Source: Octopus bimaculoides
Taxonomy: Eukaryota
NCBI RefSeq assembly: GCF_001194135.2
Contig: NC_068986.1
Location: 75,468,042-75,522,631, forward strand
Direction: 5' to 3'
Length of the DNA: 54,590 bases
Below, piece by piece: positions 23,180-34,563 of this stretch. The notes below the pieces were generated by a model. That model had not been told where the DNA came from. It saw only the letters and a list, made by a program, of their open reading frames with translations, and did no database searches. The position numbers and the translations under genes are program-made. Every line of letters begins with the position of its first letter. The stretch's first letter is position 1.

Positions 23180-23566
23180 GTATCTGGTTTGGAAGATTCT
23201 TTATGTGAATTTGTGTGTTGAAACAAATTTTGCTGTATCCAGGGAGAGACATTATGACAGTATTATTAACACACGCACTGGTTCAATTCCACTCCTTTAC
23301 TATTAGTCAATTGGTTACATATCCAGCTAACTAATCGATTGTTTGTTCAACTTGGTTAAACAATAAGTCATTGAAAAGGTTGCAAGTAGCAACGAAAGAG
23401 CTTTGATAAACAAAAACAAAACAAATAACTTACTGTTTAACCAAATTAAACAAACAATCAATTAGTTAGCTGGATGTTTAAGCAATTGACTAATAATAAA
23501 TAGGTGAAATTGAACCAGTGTGTGTGTTAAAAATATTGGCATATTGATTCTCCCTAGACATAATAC
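23180..23566. mobile_element. Foldback/MITE with ~140-bp inverted arms and ~55-bp spacer
   Basis: cactggttcaatt...tattagtcaattggttacatatccagctaactaatcgattgtttg (about 23233-23372) is mirrored in about 23428-23566. Confidence 0.8.
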
Positions 23567-24399
23567 ATTTATACAGTCACCTTATTATCATAAAGACACC
23601 TTACAATCATAGTGTTATATCTTACTATCATAGTCATCTAACGATTATACTGTAACACCTTAAAAACCACAATCTTATTTTAATCTATACATTCATCTTA
23701 GAATTATACAAATACACTGTTATACAGAAACCTTACGGTTATACAATTATTTTACAGTAATAAAGTTATACATTACAATTGTAAGTTTACCTTGTAGTAA
23801 TACAGTCAACTTACAATTATAGAGTCACACATTACAATTATGCAATCATACCCAATAATTGTGCAATCATGCCTAAAAATTCTACCGTAGACTTGCAATT
23901 ATGCAGTTATAATTCACAGTTATGCAGTTATACCTTGCAAATTATACTGTCATAATTTATAAATATACAACTATACAGTAACCTTCTACATAAAAAAATT
24001 GCACTTTATAATTACACAATCAATAATTATAATTATACAGACAACTGGAAAATGCAAAATTGCAACTTAGAGTTATACTGTCACAGTTTATAAGTATATC
24101 GCCGCGCTTCACAATTATACGGCCAAGTTGCAATTATATTGTCGCAAATTATAAATTATGTAGTCACGTTAAAGCGATACAGCTACACATTATACTTCAC
24201 AATCGTATTGCAATTATAGTCATAACTTACAAATATACAGACACATCTTACAATTCCTAGTCACATAGTATAATTATCCAACCACATCTTATGATAGTAG
24301 TCACACATTGCAATTAAGCACTCGCCTTGAATTTATGCAGTTGAAACTTACAGCTAAGTAGTCAAGACTTAAAATTATACTATCACACCTTTTAAATAT

Positions 24400-24600
24400 A
24401 TAATGGTTTCAAATTTTGCTACAAAGGCAGCCATTTTGAAGGAGGAAATGAGTCGATTACATCGATCCCAGTGTTTCACCACTACTTAATTTATCGACCC
24501 CGAGAGGACGAAAGGCAAAGTCGACCTCAACGGATTTTGATCTCAGTACTGTTAAGCATTTCGTCCAGCGTGCTAACGGTTCTGCCAGCTCACTGCCTTC
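24400..24600 (-). mobile_element. SINE family A, degenerate
   Basis: Contains the reverse complement of the head (agctggcagaaccgttagcacgc) and core (ctttcgtcctctcggggtcgataaattaagt). Confidence 0.8.
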
Positions 24601-24679
24601 TTATAAATATATAATGATAATATATGATACGTAATTATAGTATATGATATATAATTATAATATATAATATGGTTAGAGT

Positions 24680-24985
24680 ATCAGTGGTTAGAGCATCAGG
24701 CTCGTAATCATTAGGTTGTGAGTTCGAGTCTCGGACTGGGCTGTGTGTTGTGTTCTTAACCAACACATTATTTTATTCAGCTGTAGAAGTGAGTTGCAAT
24801 GTCACTGGTGCCAAGCTGTATCAGCCTTTACTTTTCCCTCGAACAACGTTGGTGGCGAGGAGAGAGAAGGCTGGTATGCATGGGCGTCTACTGGTCTTCA
24901 CAAACAACCTTGCCTGGATTATAACTTTCAAGAGGAACATTTTAGGTGCAATGCCATAGTCATTCGTGACCGAAAAAGGTTTTTT
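24680..24985 (+). mobile_element. SINE family E, degenerate copy
   Basis: Collinear with the reverse complement of 17505-17844 (tcagtggttagagc...cagctgtagaagtgagttgc...ggtgccaagctgtatc). Confidence 0.8.
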
Positions 24986-25394
24986 ATATAATATATAATT
25001 TACAATTATAAGGTCACCGAAAAATTTTACTGTGACGCTTTACAATTATACAGTCAAATGTTATATTTATGCAGTCATCTTGTAATTAAATAGTCGCAAT
25101 TTTTGCTCATACTGGCACACGATATGCAGTCACCTTGTATACCATATACAATTCCCTTGCAATTATAGAGTTACAACTTAAATCATACAGCCACATGCAA
25201 CTGTAAAGCAGCATATTAGAATTATATAGTCACTACTTATAGTTATATAGTCAGATCTGACTGTTATATATATTTCTTTATCCTGCAAAGCCGCATCTCA
25301 CAGTTATGCAATCATGTATTACAATTATGCTGTCAAAACATGCAAATGTACAGTTACAAGTTATGCATACGCAATCACCTTACAAATTTTTTCT

Positions 25395-25612
25395 CTTATC
25401 TCTTACTTGTTTCTGTCTTTAGACTGTGGCCATACTGGGATACTGCCTTGAAGGGTTTTAATCGAAGAAACCGACCACAGTACCTATCTTGTCTTTATTT
25501 TTATTCTATCGGATCTCCTACGCCGAAACGTTAAGTTACTGGGACGTAAACAAACTAATACCGGTTCTCAAATAGCTAGTGGGTGAGAAACACAAACACA
25601 CAGACACGCACA
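25395..25612 (-). mobile_element. SINE family B, 3' half
   Basis: Reverse complement of the tail: ggcagtatcccagtatggccacagtctaaagacagaaacaagtaag. Confidence 0.75.
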
Positions 25613-25719
25613 TCTTAATGGTCAGTTATAATGAAAAGTATTTTATATTAATTTGAAGAGGTGCTTTATATTTTTTGTGTGTGTGTGTGTGTGTGTGCGT
25701 GTGTGGGGGGAAACATACC

Positions 25720-27107
25720 CATGTTTATACTGTGTAGCTTCGATCACGCATCTTTCAATTTCATGTTTTTGCATTACAAAATGTACTTTCTCCGCTTTTC
25801 TTTCAAACATTCAATTTTGGAGAGAATTTTTTGATGAAATGTAGTTCCATTGCTTTTCGGTATTGCGGATCGTCCCGTGCACATTTGTAAAAGGGAAAAT
25901 TTTGAATTTTCCGTCACTGCGTATTTCCAGATGCTTACTTAATGGAATCTTACGTAATTTTTCTTGTCGGATATGTTGCCTATGGATTCTTGCTCGTTGG
26001 CAGAGGGAATTATTTGTTTCACCAATGTAATTTTCTTTGCAGTTTGGGCAGGTAATGCAGTATATGAGGTTTTGCGTTTTGCAGTTAATATCTGCATTTA
26101 GAAAAGGGATCCAGTCATGAATTTTATGTGGGAACCACTTTCCAAGTATTTGAAGTTGCTGATGTTGTTGCATGTTCCACATCTCCTATCTCCACATTCT
26201 TTTACTAAGAATTCTGATTCATTCTCTGATTTGAATCTGCCCTTGTGAGGTGTTTTTAAAGATTTTTTGGTTGGTGTCTGCTGTTCCGTAAGGTGTTTTT
26301 TTTTTCAATCAGACTTTTCATTTTGGGGCTAAGTAGGAGTATAGGTAAGTTCGATTTTATGGCGTGAAAGATGTTGGTTATTCCAGGACTGTATGTGTAT
26401 GTGTTTTCCTTAACTGTATGTATATGTGTTTTCCTTAACTTTTTCCTTAGGTGTCCGTAGTTGGGTGATGTTCAGTTTCATCGCCTTTTAAATTCCCTCG
26501 TTAATTAATCCTATGGGGTATTTCTGCATTGTGATGAAGCCTTTGAGTGCATTTAGTCAGATTTCAAGTATTTTGGGGTCAGTCACTATAGCATAGATGT
26601 GTCTTGCCATGTGTATGGGATGTTTCTTTTGGTGTGTGAGGGATGGCAAGAGTAGAAATTTAAATATTGGTGTGTGTCAGTTTTTTTGTAAAATATGTCT
26701 GCTGTGACTGTGGAGTTCTGTATTTTTATGTGGATATCCAGGAATGGTAATTCATTGCAACTGGATTCTGTCGTGAACTTGATGGATGGGTGAAGTGTGT
26801 TCAGTATACTGTTAAAAATATTTAGATCTTCATTCGATTTGTCCCAGAAGATGAAGCAATCATCAAGGAGGCGTTTCCACTTTTTAATGATATATTTTTT
26901 ATATTCCTGATCAAAAGTTTTTTCTACTTCCTCATAAAGTTTTTCTTCCATGTATCCCCTAACTAAGTTTGCATATGAGGGCGCAAACCGCGTACCCATA
27001 GCCGTGCCCTTTAACTGTCGATATGTTTTATTGTCGAATCTAAAGGTATTTTCTTCTAACACTAGGCGTGTGGCCTTAGTGATGAAGTCAATGAATATTT
27101 ACTCATT

Positions 27108-27108
<1 letters not shown>
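25720..27108 (-). mobile_element. 5'-truncated, decayed Penelope-like element (Neptune-type): RT, Cys linker, GIY-YIG endonuclease
   Basis: RT: FRFDNKTYRQLKGTAMGTRFAPSYANL...WKRLLDDCFIFW...HPSIKFT...LPFLD...YKKTDTHQYLNFYSCHP. Linker: CGDRRCGTC (~26165-26200). EN: NLIYCITCPNCKENYIGET...QRARIHRQ. Frameshifts are present. Confidence 0.92.
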
Positions 27109-27143
<35 letters not shown>

Positions 27144-27473
27144 CNNNNNNNNNNNNNNNNNNNNNNNNNNNNNNNNNNNNNNNNNNNNNNNNNNNNNNNN
27201 NNNNNNNNNNNNNNNNNNNNNNNNNNNNNNNNNNNNNNNNNNNNNNNNNNNNNNNNNNNNNNNNNNNNNNNNNNNNNNNNNNNNNNNNNNNNNNNNNNNN
27301 NNNNNNNNNNNNNNNNNNNNNNNNNNNNNNNNNNNNNNNNNNNNNNNNNNNNNNNNTCTTTATATATATATATATATACACACACACATATACATATATA
27401 TACATGAAAGATCGCTGACCACTACATTTATATATATTTTTTCTCCTTATTTCTCTCTTTATTTCTTTCTATA

Positions 27474-27578
27474 GGCAAAAGCATGGCTGTGTGGACGAGT
27501 GTCCTACTGTAGCCTCAGGCCGACCAAAGCCTTGTGAGTGGATTTGGTAAACGGAAACTGAAAGATGCCTCTGTGTGT

Positions 27579-27620
<42 letters not shown>
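27474..27620 (+). mobile_element. SINE family B, deleted 5' half
   Basis: gcatggctgtgtgg...ctactgtagcctcaggccgaccaaagccttgtgagtggatttggtaaacggaaactgaaag. Confidence 0.8.
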
Positions 27621-27622
<2 letters not shown>

Positions 27623-27829
27623 ATGTATTTGTGTGTGTGCATGCATGTTTGTGAGTGCACCTTTAAGATTCTTAATAGGACCTTCCATATTTGTATAATG
27701 TCTCTCGCCATTAGCTTTCGTGATTGTAAATTGTTTTCTTTCACATTTCACGTTATTTTTTCATTCTTTGTAACTCTTAATGAAAAGTTCCTTATGTTTT
27801 GTATCTCTCCGAGCCCTTGAGGCTAATAA

Positions 27830-27902
27830 CGGGGGGATGATTATCATAATTTTTGTTGTTGATGCTGCAGTAGTTGTAGTGGTGACGGTGGTGGTGATCG
27901 AT

Positions 27903-27945
<43 letters not shown>

Positions 27946-28160
27946 GAGGAGGAGGAGGAGGAGGAGGAGACGGAGGAGGACGCCGACGACGAAGAGAGGG
28001 AGGGGGAGGAGAATCTGTTGGGTAGCAGTAGCAGCTGCGGTATAAGCAACGTTCTATTGATCCAAACAATTCTTGTTAATATCCAGCAATTATATAACTA
28101 CCAAACTACTGAGCCACTACTACTACTACTGTTGCTGCTGTTGCTACTACCATTATTATC
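27830..28160. repeat. Compound trinucleotide microsatellite (GTT/GTG/GTA/GGA/CTA/CTG)
   Basis: Read directly; it explains the poly-V/G/P/T ORFs. Confidence 0.9.
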
Positions 28161-28529
28161 TCTTCTACTGCTACTGCCTCTTACTTTTACATCAAATCAC
28201 CAACGATTTCTCTCAATTATACGCAAATTTACCGAATCTGATGTCCAATTTGGCAGCAATTTAATACTTTTATCTGTGAAACACATCTTGGGCGAGCATT
28301 AGAGGGTGAAAATGATGGTGGTATGGATTTCTGGGTATCGGATGTCGAGTGAAGGAGATAATACAGTGGATTTGTCGGTAACGGGTGGTTGAGGAGGAAA
28401 ATGAAGTAATGGATTCCTTAGAAAATACTGAAACCTGGAGAAAATACAGAAAATACATTCGTTTCCTTGCTTCTTTGTTTGATATTTTTGTTCTTTTTTA
28501 TACGAAATTTTACTATTTAGTTTTATCAA

Positions 28530-28897
28530 GGCTGCGAGTTGGCAGAATCGTTAGCACGCCGGGCGGTCGCCATGTTCTGAGTTCAAATTTCGCCAAGGTC
28601 GACTTTGCCTTTCATCCTTTGGGAGTCGATTAATGAGTACCAGTTACATACTGGTGTCGATGTAATCGACTTTATCCTTTCCAAAAAAATTTGAGGCCTT
28701 GTGCTTCCAGTAGGCAGAATCGTTAGCACGCCGGGCTGTCGCTATGTTCTGAGTTCAAATTCCACCGAGGTCGATATTGCCTTTCAGCCTTTGGGAGACG
28801 ATTAAATAAGAGGTCGACTTTGCCTTTCATCCTTTCGGGGTCGATAAATTAAGTACCAGTTGCGTACTTGAGTCGATCTAATCGACTGGCCCCCTCT
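28530..28897 (+). mobile_element. Three stacked partial family A SINEs (internally deleted head variant)
   Basis: ggcagaatcgttagcacgccgggc occurs twice (about 28541 and 28713) and the gcctttcatccttt core three times. Confidence 0.85.
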
Positions 28898-31469
28898 CGA
28901 ACACAGCAAAGAAAGATATTTGCTTCGATTCTTATAATTGTGAAGTTGTGTGGGTTAGTAATTAAGGTGTTGAGTTCACAATCTTGAGGTCCAATGTTCT
29001 ATTATCAAACTGGATTGCGTGTGATGTCCTTGAGCAATGCGTATCATTTCACGGTGCTCCAATACATTCAACTGAAAATAAATATCAGTGAGACTTGGGA
29101 GTTTACTCTGCGAGAAACTAGAGCCTCGTCCAGGGGGAAGTATTATAGTTTCAGCCTAAAATCTTTGAAAATTCAGATAAGCTCTCCGCAGACTATTTTT
29201 ATTGTTGTAGTTGCTGTTAGTGTTATTAATGCTCAGGTCAGTCCTCATCAGTTGATCCGTGATCAAACGAGTTTCAGCTTGACGATCGTGTTTCTTTTTT
29301 TTTATTTTAGACGTACCTTCTACTTTTTTAATGTATTGCTGCAGAATGATTTGATATAAAATTGGTGTGTGTNNNNNNNNNNNNNNNNNNNNNNNNNNNN
29401 NNNNNNNNNNNNNNNNNNNNNNNNNNNNNNNNNNNNNNNNNNNNNNNNNNNNNNNNNNNNNNNNNNNNNNNNNNNNNNNNNNNNNNNNNNNNNNNNNNNN
29501 NNNNNNNNNNNNNNNNNNNNNNNNNNNNNNNNNNNNNNNNNNNNNNNNNNNNNNNNNNNNNNNNNNNNNNNNNNNNNNNNNNNNNNNNNNNNNNNNNNNN
29601 NNNNNNNNNNNNNNNNNNNNNNNNNNNNNNNNNNNNNNNNNNNNNNNNNNNNNNNNNNNNNNNNNNNNNNNNNNNNNNNNNNNNNNNNNNNNNNNNNNNN
29701 NNNNNNNNNNNNNNNNNNNNNNNNNNNNNNNNNNNNNNNNNNNNNNNNNNNNNNNNNNNNNNNNNNNNNNNNNNNNNNNNNNNNNNNNNNNNNNNNNNNN
29801 NNNNNNNNNNNNNNNNNNNNNNNNNNNNNNNNNNNNNNNNNNNNNNNNNNNNNNNNNNNNNNNNNNNNNNNNNNNNNNNNNNNNNNNNNNNNNNNNNNNN
29901 NNNNNNNNNNNNNNNNNNNNNNNNNNNNNNNNNNNNNNNNNNNNNNNNNNNNNNNNNNNNNNNNNNNNNNNNNNNNNNNNNNNNNNNNNNAAAGACAAGA
30001 ATTTTTGAACATTTTGTATTTAAAATAATAATTTCAATTTAACTTTTTAGGGGAGGATTGGTTACTTTTAGCTTTTTGCTTATACTCTGTCCGGGAAGCA
30101 AAGCCTATACTCGTTGTCTAACAGACCCCTCAAGATCAATGAGCTAGAAATGGTTAAATATATATTTGGGCAACTATAAATCGAAGACTGCAAAAAAAAA
30201 AAGAAACAATGAGAAAATCCAAGCATGCAAGAAATTCCAGAGGTGGCCACGCTAGAAAGAAAAGATCGGACGGAATGGTTAATGAAGGAAATTCTAGAGG
30301 CAGTGATGCTAGAGAGAGAGGTCTGGACAGAGTAGTTATTTCTGAGTCTATAGGAGAGAGTGGGTAATCAGCTTAAAACAATATTCTTCAGAAACCATTG
30401 TTTTTCTTCTAATTCCAAAATTTTCTCTTCTTCGCCATTGTGTTTGATGTTCGTATTGAAATTTCAAATTTCATATTTCTTTGGTTACTTATTCGTTTAT
30501 TTATATTCTTGTAGATTGTTTCTGTTACTTGATAGAAGAAAGTCCATGTTGTTCTATATAAAGATATCATTGGGGGTCTTTGAAATCCAATCAAAAGCGC
30601 CGACCCGTTCATTAATCCAATGAGAAAGCCTCTACATGGTTGTTTCGACCCGCCAGAAAAAAAAACAGTCAAATTGTCCTGTCTTAAATAATGATGGACA
30701 CGTTAGATAATATAATCCTATACGATCTATTGTAAAACAAATATAGCTCATAGTGTGCTTATGAGCCATAATAGACCGAAATATGTCTATAGTTGTATCC
30801 CTTGTCTGTAAACAAAGACCAGATTTTACTTCTACCAAGTAGCAAATTTATTTTAAGAAATTAATATTTAACTTTTTTACGTAATCACCCTTTTACTTTG
30901 GGTTGCTATCAATTCCAGCAACTTTTTTGTTTGTTTTTTTCTTTCTCCATCGACAATCTGTACATAATCCTTTATTTACTTATCCAAATTCATGCTGTTG
31001 AACCATTTATGTTATTTTCCTAATCTCATTTTATTTTAATTATGCAAATTATTCTGGCCAAAATTCATTTGTAACTCATTTCCCTATAACAAGCAAGTTT
31101 CGTTAGACTACAATATGCTGAGGGGATCTAATATGTTGAAACGTGTTCTTTCTTGTTTGCAAGCAATGATAGGCCTCTCTTTCCTCTAAGCCGTCACATT
31201 ACTTTGATAAATGAATTATTAATTTCTTCGAATAGTTTTTTCATTGAGAGTCTAACTATTATCGCAAAAGAATATTTGGGTTATGACACTTTGTACATCA
31301 CCTCTAGGCACATATTCTTAAATCAAGAATTTTATCGTGTGTTATATTGTTTTATACACGTAATCTGTTTTAATGACTCGTCGATCAGGGTTGACCACGT
31401 ACAGGCCTCGGCAGGCTTTTAATTTAATTTTTTTTTTTTAGTAAAAGTCTAGCAGTGGCACATGCATGC

Positions 31470-32315
31470 TAGTCTCTTTTCTCCAAACCACAGATATTCT
31501 ACAAAGATTAAGGCAAGTAAGTTAAGAGCCGAAACAGCTTCGCAATAGTGTCATGAAAGACGTTGCTGTCAAGAGACAAACTATAACGGATGCAGTAAGA
31601 CTACTCGTCCAAACAATTTTCCCAATTTCGCCAATCCAGCACTCTGGATTTATACATGTAAACAAACCAAATGTTTGTGCGTTGTTCTGTGTGTATGCGC
31701 TTGTTCTTTAGAACAGGGGTTTTCAAACTGGGTCCGCGGACCACAGGGGGTCCGGAAGGACAAGACAAGGGGTCCATGGAAAGCCAAGACAAGGGGTTCG
31801 TGCACAGCCAAGCAAGCACATCCTTTTCACTAAGTACGTATTAAAAAAATTCTGTGTGTATAATTGACAATAAACCTATTTGCTAAATACTGTTAAATAA
31901 ATAAATGTAAAAATATGTTATTTTAAGCAAATATTTATGTATAAATTTCATAAGCGTTTATAAGGGGGTCCCTAAGGTAAAGCCTGAAATATAAAGGGGT
32001 CCGCAAGTCAAAAAGTTTGAAAACCCCTGCTTTAGAATAGCAAAGTGTGTTCACTTACCGTGAGAACTATCTTTCTCTAAACCACAAATGCTCTACAAAG
32101 ATTAAGGCAAATAAGTTAAAAGCCGATACGGCTTCACTATAGTGCCATCGAAGATGTTGCTGTCAGCTAGAACGGATACAGTTTTCACAACTTCGCGAAT
32201 CCAGTACTCTGGATTTATACATGTAACCAAACCAAAAGTTTGTGTGTTGTGTTGTGTGTATGTGCTTGCTCTTTAGAAAAGCAATGAGTTAACTTACCGT
32301 GTGAACTACCATTAG
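31470..32315. repeat. Two-copy ~250-bp tandem duplication; the first copy is interrupted by a hAT MITE
   Basis: ctacaaagattaaggcaa...ctctggatttatacatgtaa...ctttagaa appears in both 31470-31713 and 32070-32280. Confidence 0.9.
31714..32029. mobile_element. hAT (Charlie-type) MITE, 316 bp
   Basis: Perfect 16-bp TIR caggggttttcaaact / agtttgaaaacccctg. Perfect 8-bp TSD ctttagaa at 31706-31713 and 32030-32037. Confidence 0.95.
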
Positions 32316-32837
32316 TTTCGCAGTCACTCTCTTCAGGCCCTACTTGTAGAATTATAAAAAAAAAAAACAATTCAAGAGAAATATTTTAAGAAAATAGTTT
32401 TCCCAACTTCCGCTTCTGTGTCATGGAGATTAATCTGTCCTTAGGGAGTTTCAGTTATTTCCTAATAAATGTTTGTTTTTTATAATAATGAAGCTGAAAA
32501 GCATCATGTACCTGTTTGAAGATGAAGGAGAACAAAACAGATTATGAGTTCTTCAGAAAGATTGACCGCCAGCAATAGGGAGAACATAAGAGTGATGAGA
32601 GAAGGGGACGGGGTAGGAATGAAGAATAAAGTGGGTGAATGACAGAAGGAGGAAACCGGGAAGAGGGAAGAGCAAAGAAAGTTTCAGGTGAATCAATATC
32701 AGATGCCTGTGCACATATAAGTGGTTTTAGTTAACTGAAGGTAATATATGCCATCTGCATTACAGGTATGCACAAAAAGATTGCATATCCCGAAAATCCC
32801 TGAACACATGTGTGTGTGTGTGTTTGTGAGTGTGTGC

Positions 32838-32881
<44 letters not shown>

Positions 32882-32977
32882 ATATAAGCATGTGTGTGCA
32901 TGTATACATATATATATGTGTGTATATATACAGGATGAATCAAAAGTGACGCACGAAAACATTTGCCATTTTATTTA

Positions 32978-32996
32978 TATTATTATTATTATTATT

Positions 32997-33032
<36 letters not shown>

Positions 33033-33825
33033 ATTTTCTTATACACTCAACAGATTAGAGTGTTGGAAAAGAAAAGAATCCTAACATCGGGCTACAAGTA
33101 CCCTTAGATGTCAAGAACCCTCCTAAGTATCCTAGCTGTCCCTAATAACACTGTTTTCTGCAGCTGTACTAAACTGGGTTTTATGCCTATTTCCTCAATC
33201 CATCTGTTCAGATCTTTAGGGATTGTTCCCAATGCATGTATATCTACTGGGATACATTTTACTCGCACCTTCCGTAGTCTCCGTAATTCAGTAACTAGAT
33301 CCTGGTGTTTGCTATTTTTTCTATACCTCTCATATTAACGTTTCCATCATTTGAGACTGTAAAGTCAATTATTTGACACTTTCTAATCTCTTTATCTACT
33401 ACTCCTAAATCAGGCCTTCTAGCTTCTATTATTCTGTCGGTCTGAATGTTTAAATCCCACAACATCTTGTATTTCTTAATTCCTAGTACTTTACTAGGTT
33501 CATGTTCATACCATTTATCAGCATGTTGAAATCCTAAATTTCTACATAGCTCCCAGTAGATTACTCTCCCTAGATTGTCGTGTCTTTTCTTGTATTCTTT
33601 CTGTTCTAGCATACTACATTCACTTACTATATGAGTAACGCTTTCCTTTTTTGATTTGCAAAATTTAAATTGGGAATCTACTTGGTTTTTGTCTATCTTG
33701 GCTGTTATCCAATTACTCCTTAAAACTTGACCCTGTGCAACTACTAACAAACTTTCTGTCTCCCTCTTCAGCTTTATTTTCTGCAACCATATCCATGTCT
33801 CACTACTATTATTTTCTGTAACTAA
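32978..33825 (-). mobile_element. 5'-truncated R4/Dong-like LINE (zinc knuckle plus restriction-like endonuclease) with (CAA)/(TAA)n tail
   Basis: LKRETESLLVVAQGQVLRSNWI...ESVTHIVSEC...KRHDN...LWDLNIQTDRIIEARRPDLGVVDK...IID. After a frameshift, YQDLVTELRRL...ALGTIPK...LQKTVLLGTARILRRVLDI* stops near 33106. Confidence 0.9.
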
Positions 33826-33834
33826 CTTTGGAAA

Positions 33835-34050
33835 TCATTGTTATTATTGTTTTCTCTTTATTACAGGTTTTGTTGGAGATCCTGGAATCTTGCATGCGTA
33901 GTGGGCTTACTACTTGCAGCCTATGGTACCATGCTATTCGTTCTTTTCGGCTATCTAATACTTGCCTGATTATTCTGGCTGTACCAAAAAGCAAACCTTT
34001 TGTAACAGTTCTGCTGGGCACTCTATTACAGTTTCCTTTATATTACTCAT
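33835..34050 (-). mobile_element. Second, very short R4/Dong-like 3' end
   Basis: KGLLFGTARIIRQVLDS is the same terminal motif as the neighbouring copy. Followed by a 3' UTR and aataataac. Confidence 0.7.
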
Positions 34051-34494
34051 GATGCCTATTATTATTATTATTGAGTGAGAGAGTACTGCATGCCATCAAA
34101 GTGACACTAGGGTAAAATATACGAAACCCATTATACCCATCATGACTACCCATCTGATTAGGGTACACCAAGCACATGCATCACAACCATATGTGCGCTA
34201 CATGGTGATCTCCTATCAAAATAAACAGTGCATGACCTCGCAGGTGGGGCCCAGTTATAATTTTCTTCAGGTTGAAAAACAAAAGTGAGATATCCTTGAA
34301 TATAAACAAGCATGAGTTTATCTTTAGGTACTTAAATAGAGAAATTCCTTTCAAAGCTTTTAAGACTAAGAAAAGGGCCGGATTTTATTTATAGAAATAC
34401 AAAACGTTGTTTTCTTATAAGGTTTTCGCGATTTTGCCTCTCTAATTAATTTTCTTTCTCGCTGCCGTTAAATTTTTCTTGTCCAATACTTCAA

Positions 34495-34563
34495 CCAAAG
34501 GAAGGCGCCGAGCTAGCAGAAACGTTAGCACCCCGGGCGAAATGCTTGTCGGTATTTCGTCTG
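34495..34563 (+). mobile_element. SINE family A head running into a gap
   Basis: ggcgccgagctagcagaaacgttagcaccccgggcgaaatgcttgtcggtatttcgtctg. Confidence 0.8.

Larger units (their letters stand above)
22740..25395 (+). repeat. Ancient degenerate minisatellite (core ttacaattatacagtcac), interrupted by four insertions
   Basis: Dozens of variants of (tt)acaattat(a/g)cagt(c/t)a(c/t) occur in 22740-23160, 23570-24390 and 24990-25395. Confidence 0.7.

Noticed and set aside
27761-28069. Pro/Thr-rich mucin-like ORF
   Set aside because: Translation of (GGA)n/(GTA)n/(GTG)n repeats.
29200-29255. CTGATGAggact...agtct on the minus strand as a hammerhead
   Set aside because: No GAAA follows the stem, and there is no stem I or stem III.
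30640-30860. Possible GIY-YIG remnant (DNII...KY...KTRFY)
   Set aside because: It needs several frameshifts and lacks the key residues.
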